NCBI GenBank assembly: GCA_032718475.1
Contig: JAUCBJ010008490.1
Span: forward strand, 65,164-129,163
DNA length: 64,000 nt
Direction: 5' to 3'
Source: Nemertoderma westbladi
Lineage: Eukaryota; Animalia; Xenacoelomorpha
A program made the translations under genes and the position numbers. The notes below the pieces were generated by a model that worked only from the letters and a program-made list of their open reading frames with translations, searched no databases and had not been told where the DNA came from. Every line of letters begins with the position of its first letter. Within the stretch, counting starts at the first letter, position 1. Positions 55,245 through 64,000 of this stretch are shown one piece after another.

Positions 55245-58200
55245 CTTTACATTGAGATAGGTATTATTAGAAGGCACACTTTACAGTCAGATAGGTATCA
55301 TTAGAAGGCACACTTTACATTGAGATCGGTATTATTAGAAGGCACACTTTACATTGAGATAGGTATTATTAGAAGCCTCACTTTACATTGAGATAGGTAT
55401 TATTAGAAGGCACACTTTACATTGAGATAGGTATTATTAGAAGGCACACTTTACATTGAGATAGGTATTATTAGAAAGCACACTTTACATTGAGATAGGT
55501 ATTATTAGAAGGCACACTTTACATTGAGATAGGTATTATTAGAAGGCACACTTTACATTGAGATAGGTATTATTAGAAGGCACACTTTACATTGAGATAG
55601 GTATTATTAGAAGGCACACTTTACATTGAGATAGGTATTATTAGAAGGCATACTTTACAGTCAGATAGGTATTATTAGAAGGCACACTTTACATTGAGAT
55701 AGGTATTATTAGAAGGCACACTTTACATTGAGATAGGTATTATTAGAAGGCACACTTTACATTGAAATTGGTATTATTAGAAGGCACACTTTACAGTCAA
55801 ATAAGTATTATTAGAAGGCACACTTTACATTGAGATAGGTATTATTAGAAGGCACACTTTACATTGAGATAGGTATTATTAGAAGGCACACTTTACATTG
55901 AGATAGGTATTATTAGAAGGCACACTTTACATTGAGATTGGTATTATTAGAAGGGACACTTTACATTGAGATCGGTATTATTAGAAGGCACACTTTACAG
56001 TCAGATAAGTATTATTAGAAGGCACACTTTACATTGAGATAGGTATTATTAGAAGGCACACTTTACATTGAGATAGGTATTATTAGAAGGCACACTTTAC
56101 ATTGAGATAGGTATTATTAGAAGGCACACTTTACATTGAGATTGGTATTATTAGAAGGCACACTTAACATTGAGATCGGTATTATTAGAAGGCACACTTT
56201 ACAGTCAGATAGGTATTATTAGAAGGCACACTTTACATTGAGATCGGTATTATTAGAAGGCACACTTTACATTGAGATAGGTATTATTAGAAGGCACACT
56301 TTACAGTCAGATAAGTATTATTAGAAGGCACACTTTACATTGAGATAGGTATTATTAGAAGGCACACTTTACATTGAGATAGGTATTATTAGAAGGCACA
56401 CTTTACATTGAGATAGGTATTATTAGAAGGCACACTTTACATTGAGATTGGTATTATTAGAAGGCACACTTTACAGTCAGATAAGTATTATTAGAAGGCA
56501 CACTTTACATTGAGATAGGTATTATTAGAAGGCACACTTTACATTGAGATAGGTATTATTAGAAGGCACACTTTACATTGAGATTGGTATTATTAGAAGG
56601 CACACTTTACAGTCAGATAAGTATTATTAGAAGGCACACTTTACAGTCAGATAGGTATCATTAGAAGGCACACTTTACATTGAGATAGGTATTATTAGAA
56701 GGCACACTTTACATTGAGATAGGTATTATTAGAAGGCACACTTTACATTGAGATAGGTATTATTAGAAGGCACACTTTACATTGAGATAGGTATTATTAG
56801 AAGGCACACTTTACATTGAGATAGGTATTATTAGAAGGCACACTTTACAGTCAGATAGGTATCATTAGAAGGCACACTTTACATTGAGATCGGTATTATT
56901 AGAAGGCACACTTTACATTGAGATAGGTATTATTAGAAGGCACACTTTACAGTCAGATAGGTATCATTAGAAGGCACACTTTACATTGAGATCGGTATTA
57001 TTAGAAGGCACACTTTACATTGAGATAGGTATTATTAGAAGGCACACTTTACATTGAGATAGGTATTATTAGAAGGCACACTTTACATTGAGATAGGTAT
57101 TATTAGAAGGCACACTTTACATTGAGATAGGTATTATTAGAAGGCACACTTTACATTGAGATAGGTATTATTAGAAGGCATACTTTACAGTCAGATAGGT
57201 ATTATTAGAAGGCACACTTTACATTGAGATAGGTATTATTAGAAGGCACACTTTACAGTCAGATAGGTATCATTAGAAGGCACACTTTACATTGAGATAG
57301 GTATTATTAGAAGGCACACTTTACATTGAGATTGGTATTATTAGAAGGCACACTTTACAGTCAGATAAGTATTATTAGAAGGCACACTTTACATTGAGAT
57401 AGGTATTATTAGAAGGCACACTTTACATTGAGATAGGTATTATTAGAAGGCACACTTTACATTGAGATTGGTATTATTAGAAGGCACACTTTACATTGAG
57501 ATAGGTATTATTAGAAGGCACAATTTACATTGAGATTGGTATTATTAGAAGGCACACTTTACAGTCAGATAAGTATTATTATAAGGCACACTTTACAGTC
57601 AGATAGGTATCATTAGAAGGCACACTTTACATTGAGATAGGTATTATTAGAAGGCACACTTTACATTGAGATAGGTATTATTAGAAGGCACACTTTACAT
57701 TGAGATAGGTATTATTAGAAGGCACACTTTACATTGAGATAGGTATTATTAGAAGGCACACTTTACATTGAGATAGGTATTATTAGAAGGAACACTTTAC
57801 AGTCAGATAGGTATCATTAGAAGGCACACTTTACATTGAGATCGGTATTATTAGAAGGCACACTTTACATTGAGATAGGTATTATTAGAAGGCACACTTA
57901 ACATTGAGATCGGTATTATTAGAAGGCACACTTTACAGTCAGATAGGTATTATTAGAAGGCACACTTTACATTGAGATTGGTATTATTAGAAGGCACACT
58001 TAACATTGAGATCGGTATTATTAGAAGGCACACTTTACAGTCAGATAGGTATTATTAGAAGGCACACTTTACATTGAGATCGGTATTATTAGAAGGCACA
58101 CTTTACATTGAGATAGGTATTATTAGAAGGCACACTTTACAGTCAGATAAGTATTATTAGAAGGCACACTTTACATTGAGATAGGTATTATTAGAAGGCA

Positions 58201-59289
58201 CACTTTACATTGAGATAGGTATTATTAGAAGGCACACTTTACATTGAGATAGGTATTATTAGAAGGCACACTTTACATTGAGATTGGTATTATTAGAAGG
58301 CACACTTTACAGTCAGATAAGTATTATTAGAAGGCACACTTTACATTGAGATAGGTATTATTAGAAGGCACACTTTACATTGAGATAGGTATTATTAGAA
58401 GGCACACTTTACATTGAGATTGGTATTATTAGAAGGCACACTTTACAGTCAGATAAGTATTATTAGAAGGCACACTTTACAGTCAGATAGGTATCATTAG
58501 AAGGCACACTTTACATTGAGATCGGTATTATTAGAAGGCACACTTTACATTGAGATAGGTATTATTAGAAGGCACACTTTACATTGAGATAGGTATTATT
58601 AGAAGGCACACTTTACATTGAGATAGGTATTATTAGAAGGCACACTTTACATTGAGATAGGTATTATTAGAAGGCACACTTTACATTGAGATAGGTATTA
58701 TTAGAAGGCATACTTTACAGTCAGATAGGTATTATTAGAAGGCACACTTTACATTGAGATAGGTATTATTAGAAGGCACACTTTACAGTCAGATAGGTAT
58801 CATTAGAAGGCACACTTTACATTGAGATAGGTATTATTAGAAGGCACACTTTACATTGAGATTGGTATTATTAGAAGGCACACTTTACAGTCAGATAAGT
58901 ATTATTAGAAGGCACACTTTACATTGAGATAGGTATTATTAGAAGGCACACTTTACATTGAGATAGGTATTATTAGAAGGCACACTTTACATTGAGATTG
59001 GTATTATTAGAAGGCACACTTTACATTGAGATAGGTATTATTAGAAGGCACAATTTACATTGAGATTGGTATTATTAGAAGGCACACTTTACAGTCAGAT
59101 AAGTATTATTAGAAGGCACACTTTACAGTCAGATAGGTATCATTAGAAGGCACACTTTACATTGAGATAGGTATTATTAGAAGGCACACTTTACATTGAG
59201 ATAGGTATTATTAGAAGGCACACTTTACATTGAGATAGGTATTATTAGAAGGCACACTTTACATTGAGATAGGTATTATTAGAAGGCAC
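55245..59289. repeat. Satellite B, block 3
   Basis: 34-bp monomers with 1530-bp higher-order periodicity of rare variants. Confidence 0.98.
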
Positions 59290-61123
59290 TACTACTACTA
59301 CTACTAGGATCGGCATGCTGCATTGCAGCTGCATTTTTAAGAATGCTGTGCCGGCTTGTCAACAAAATTGCGCCGCCACAACTCCCTATCACCCATGACA
59401 TTTGCTAGATCATCCGCATCTTTAAGGCCAGTGTCCTTTAAGATGCGTCTCAAGAAAGTCATGGGCTGTCCACCATGCTTATTCACTCCATGAGGCTGCC
59501 AAAGTACAAGATTATGCACTGGCTGGTCCTCACGGCGAAAGCAATGTCCTGCAAAGCGGAGGCGATTTTGTTCTAGTGTCAAGCTTGGGGGAACCAATGA
59601 GACGCCTCCAATGTTATATAGTGTCTGGTTGGAGATGTGTGCATTGTACTTGACACAATGTACCCGGCGTAGCATTCTTGTGAATGTGCCATCCAGAGAT
59701 TTGGTGTCCTCAGCAGTTAGAGCCCAGCATGGACTCCCGTAGAGGAGTACTGGAACTACTGCTGCTCTAAATAATCGGACCTTAAGTTTCCGATTAATTC
59801 TAGGTGACTTCCAAATCCTGGAAAGCCTATTCAAGGCTGCCCATGCCTTTCCCTTACGTATTCGAAGGTCCTCACCTGACTTCCGGATCCATGATCCCAG
59901 GTAACAGAAGTCGTCCACATGCTCAAGCATACCATCCTTTGAGCTTATGCTCATCCGATCAGAGACTTGCTGAGGACTTTCAAAGTTAACTGTCAGAATT
60001 TTGGTCTTTCTGGAGTTAATAAAAAGACCAACACTAGAAGCAGCATGTTCTAATGAGCTGAGGAGCCGCTGGGCTCCCTCTAATGATTCTGAGAGTACTC
60101 CTAAGTCATCAGCAAAGTCTAGATCAGTTAGGTACTTGGCAGGATTTCCTCGACTTCTGGAGCCAGTAGGTGGAGTTATCATCACCCCATCATCATTATG
60201 ATGATCTAAGGACATGCGTAGAACATAGTCAACCACAATAATGAACAAGAATGGTGCAAGTGTGTCTCCTTGGAGGACGCCCCATAACACTTCAAATGGT
60301 TCTGTGTCACCGTCAACAGTAGACACAAATGTTGTCGAACCATCGTATACTGATCTGATTGCTGCAATAATTTCATCAGGAATCCCATATAATGAAAGTA
60401 TGCTGAACATACGTGAGCGAGAGACTGAATCAAAGGCCTTGAAGAAGTCAACAAAGATAACAGCCAGATGCCTGTCTTTCTTTTTTGATAACTCTTCAAT
60501 TATCCTTCTAAGTGCCAAAATGGGCTCCATGGTCCCACGACCTTTACGGAACCCATTCTGATTTCCACGTAGCAGTCTCTCAATGGGATCCCTGATGCGA
60601 TTTAATAGAATTCTATTGTATAGTTTTGCAGCAATCGAGATCAATGAGATTCCCCGAAAAGAACCATAGAGTGTTAGGTTGCCCTTCTTGGGAACTGGCA
60701 CCAACTTATTTGTTTTCATTTCTTGTGGGACTCTTGTTGTACGGTACATGTCTACTATGATGGGATAGATGAGCTTTAAACACTCAGGTATTTTAAAGAC
60801 CTCAGGGGGAACACCATCTACTCCACTGGCACGATTGGTCTTAATGCTCTTTGCAGCAGCCTTCACTTCTGCAAAGGAGATATCGCCAATGGGAATATCT
60901 GGGAGTACAGACTCAGACACTTTTACTTCTATAAAGTTATCAGGCAATACCCTGTCATTATTGAGGAGCTTTTCAAAGTGGGCTTTCCAACCATTGAGGC
61001 GATCGGCTGGTGATTCAGCCTTAACCTTGGTGGTTGGTTGGCTTTTCCGCCCAGTAAGCAGATTGATCGATTTCCATGCCTGGGATGATTGCCTGCTGTC
61101 GTCAGCATCATTGATGGCATCAC
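59290..61123 (-). mobile_element. 5'-truncated RTE-like non-LTR retrotransposon
   Basis: 12-bp TSD ATTAGAAGGCAC (59278-59289 and 61124-61135); (TAG)n 3' tail; very short 3' UTR; RT ORF; no endonuclease domain. Confidence 0.93.
59337..61123 (-). pseudogene. LINE reverse transcriptase, N-terminally truncated but otherwise open
   Basis: FRGISL, QNGFRKGR, FVDFFKAFDSV, GVLQGDTLAPFLF, LDFADD, FCYLGS motifs; frame stays open upstream of 60947 to the truncation point. Confidence 0.92.
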
Positions 61124-63299
61124 ATTAGAAGGCACACTTTACATTGAGATAGGTATTATTAGAAGGAACACTTTACAGTCAGATAGGTATCATTAGAAGG
61201 CACACTTTACATTGAGATCGGTATTATTAGAAGGCACACTTTACATTGAGATAGGTATTATTAGAAGGCACACTTAACATTGAGATCGGTATTATTAGAA
61301 GGCACACTTTACAGTCAGATAGGTATTATTAGAAGGCACACTTTACATTGAGATTGGTATTATTAGAAGGCACACTTAACATTGAGATCGGTATTATTAG
61401 AAGGCACACTTTACAGTCAGATAGGTATTATTAGAAGGCACACTTTACATTGAGATCGGTATTATTAGAAGGCACACTTTACATTGAGATAGGTATTATT
61501 AGAAGGCACACTTTACAGTCAGATAAGTATTATTAGAAGGCACACTTTACATTGAGATAGGTATTATTAGAAGGCACACTTTACATTGAGATAGGTATTA
61601 TTAGAAGGCACACTTTACATTGAGATAGGTATTATTAGAAGGCACACTTTACATTGAGATTGGTATTATTAGAAGGCACACTTTACAGTCAGATAAGTAT
61701 TATTAGAAGGCACACTTTACACTGAGATAGGTATTATTAGAAGGCACACTTTACATTGAGATAGGTATTATTAGAAGGCACACTTTACATTGAGATTGGT
61801 ATTATTAGAAGGCACACTTTACAGTCAGATAAGTATTATTAGAAGGCACACTTTACAGTCAGATAGGTATCATTAGAAGGCACACTTTACATTGAGATAG
61901 GTATTATTAGAAGGCACACTTTACATTGAGATAGGTATTATTAGAAGGCACACTTTACATTGAGATAGGTATTATTAGAAGGCACACTTTACATTGAGAT
62001 AGGTATTATTAGAAGGCACACTTTACATTGAGATAGGTATTATTAGAAGGCACACTTTACAGTCAGATAGGTATCATTAGAAGGCACACTTTACATTGAG
62101 ATCGGTATTATTAGAAGGCACACTTTACATTGAGATAGGTATTATTAGAAGGCACACTTTACAGTCAGATAGGTATCATTAGAAGGCACACTTTACATTG
62201 AGATCGGTATTATTAGAAGGCACACTTTACATTGAGATAGGTATTATTAGAAGGCACACTTTACATTGAGATATGTATTATTAGAAGGCACACTTTACAT
62301 TGAGATAGGTATTATTAGAAGGCACACTTTACATTGAAATAGGTATTATTAGAAGGCACACTTTACATTGAGATAGGTATTATTAGAAGGCATACTTTAC
62401 AGTCAGATAGGTATTATTAGAAGGCACACTTTACATTGAGATAGGTATTATTAGAAGGCACACTTTACAGTCAGATAGGTATCATTAGAAGGCACACTTT
62501 ACATTGAGATAGGTATTATTAGAAGGCACACTTTACATTGAGATTGGTATTATTAGAAGGCACACTTTACAGTCAGATAAGTATTATTAGAAGGCACACT
62601 TTACATTGAGATAGGTATTATTAGAAGGCACACTTTACATTGAGATAGGTATTATTAGAAGGCACACTTTACATTGAGATTGGTATTATTAGAAGGCACA
62701 CTTAACATTGAGATCGGTATTATTAGAAGGCACACTTTACAGTCAGATAGGTATTATTAGAAGGCACACTTTACATTGAGATCGGTATTATTAGAAGGCA
62801 CACTTTACATTGAGATAGGTATTATTAGAAGGCACACTTTACAGTCAGATAAGTATTATTAGAAGGCACACTTTACATTGAGAAAGGTATTATTAGAAGG
62901 CACACTTTACATTGAGATAGGTATTATTAGAAGGCACACTTTACATTGAGATAGGTATTATTAGAAGGCACACTTTACATTGAGATTGGTATTATTAGAA
63001 GGCACACTTTACAGTCAGATAAGTATTATTAGAAGGCACACTTTACATTGAGATAGGTATTATTAGAAGGCACACTTTACATTGAGATAGGTATTATTAG
63101 AAGGCACACTTTACATTGAGATTGGTATTATTAGAAGGCACACTTTACAGTCAGATAAGTATTATTAGAAGGCACACTTTACAGTCAGATAGGTATCATT
63201 AGAAGGCACACTTTACATTGAGATAGGTATTATTAGAAGGCACACTTTACATTGAGATAGGTATTATTAGAAGGCACACTTTACATTGAGATAGGTATT
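61124..63299. repeat. Satellite B, block 4
   Basis: 34-bp monomers continuing in register after the LINE TSD. Confidence 0.98.
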
Positions 63300-64000
63300 G
63301 AGTAAAGAAGGGGAGAATGGCCTCCTCATCTCACCACAGCGGAGATCAGACAAGCCAAGGGAGCGGAGAAAGTCAAACCGAAAACCCGGACGAGTAAATC
63401 AAGCTGTTTTAAGCCAGCGATAGATCTGTCTGTGCTACACACCGCCGGTATTGCAACTGTGGATCTAAATTCATCATGGATGTTACTCGAACTATAAATA
63501 AATCCGTTATAGAAATCAGGGAAAGAGACTGGAAATCTGGAACACCAGACGTCTCACAAGGACTCTCTCCTCTCCTACAAAGGGCAATAGATCATTACAG
63601 CTCCTGGAATCGGCTCTGCAAGGCCATTGTGTATCTGAAAAGATGTTTCCATCATCACTATTCCAGGACGAAGATCGCTAATGATACCGCTCCAGTAGTA
63701 GCTGAAAGAGTCCATGCTACTAAAGACCTTCCCACTTATAGAGTGCCTGATAGGTTTCTGACTGAGAAGATCAGTTACCAAGAACATGATGATACCAATA
63801 AGCAGATACTGAGACTCCTGCAATGCTATGAGGATTCCGACAAGTATTTCCTGTTGTTGAGAAATCCACAGATGCGCTTAAGGGATCGTTTCTCTAGCAC
63901 AATGATAGATGGGTTAATACGCGTCGGAGGGAGACTAACCAATGCTCCATTGTCCTTTGACAACCTTTGGCAGTTTAACCCGCCAAATTAAGATGTCTTC
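63300..64000 (+). mobile_element. Internal pol fragment of a second BEL/Pao-like family (RNase H-integrase linker)
   Basis: ORF 63476-63991 has YSSWNRLCKAIVYLKR and IDGLIRVGGRLTNAPL, counterparts of YSDYSRLLRVSAWILR and TNIIRSKGRIDYADL in the 46014-48209 ORF; no LTR at the junction. Confidence 0.75.

Noticed and set aside
42469-63299. CRISPR-like 34-bp repeats
   Set aside because: No unique spacers, no cas genes, and a eukaryotic transposon context.

Overview
Eukaryotic (probably invertebrate animal) satellite/heterochromatin DNA with no host genes. A CpG-rich 30/32-bp satellite (SatA, 1-42420) abuts an unrelated 34-bp satellite (SatB, 42469-63299). SatA carries two near-identical copies of a CsRn1-like Ty3/Gypsy LTR retrotransposon (CHCC Gag, tRNA-Trp PBS, GGGAAAC -1 frameshift signal). 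These derive from one insertion later copied by a ~12-kb tandem duplication. The most unusual feature is a clear PWWP chromatin-reader domain fused to the C-terminus of the Gypsy integrase, where chromoviruses carry a chromodomain. SatB carries a full-length BEL/Pao element, a non-autonomous hAT-like element (with a nested tRNA-derived SINE and a foldback), a 5'-truncated RTE LINE and, at the window end, a fragment of a second BEL/Pao. All calls were made by eye; no database searches were run.
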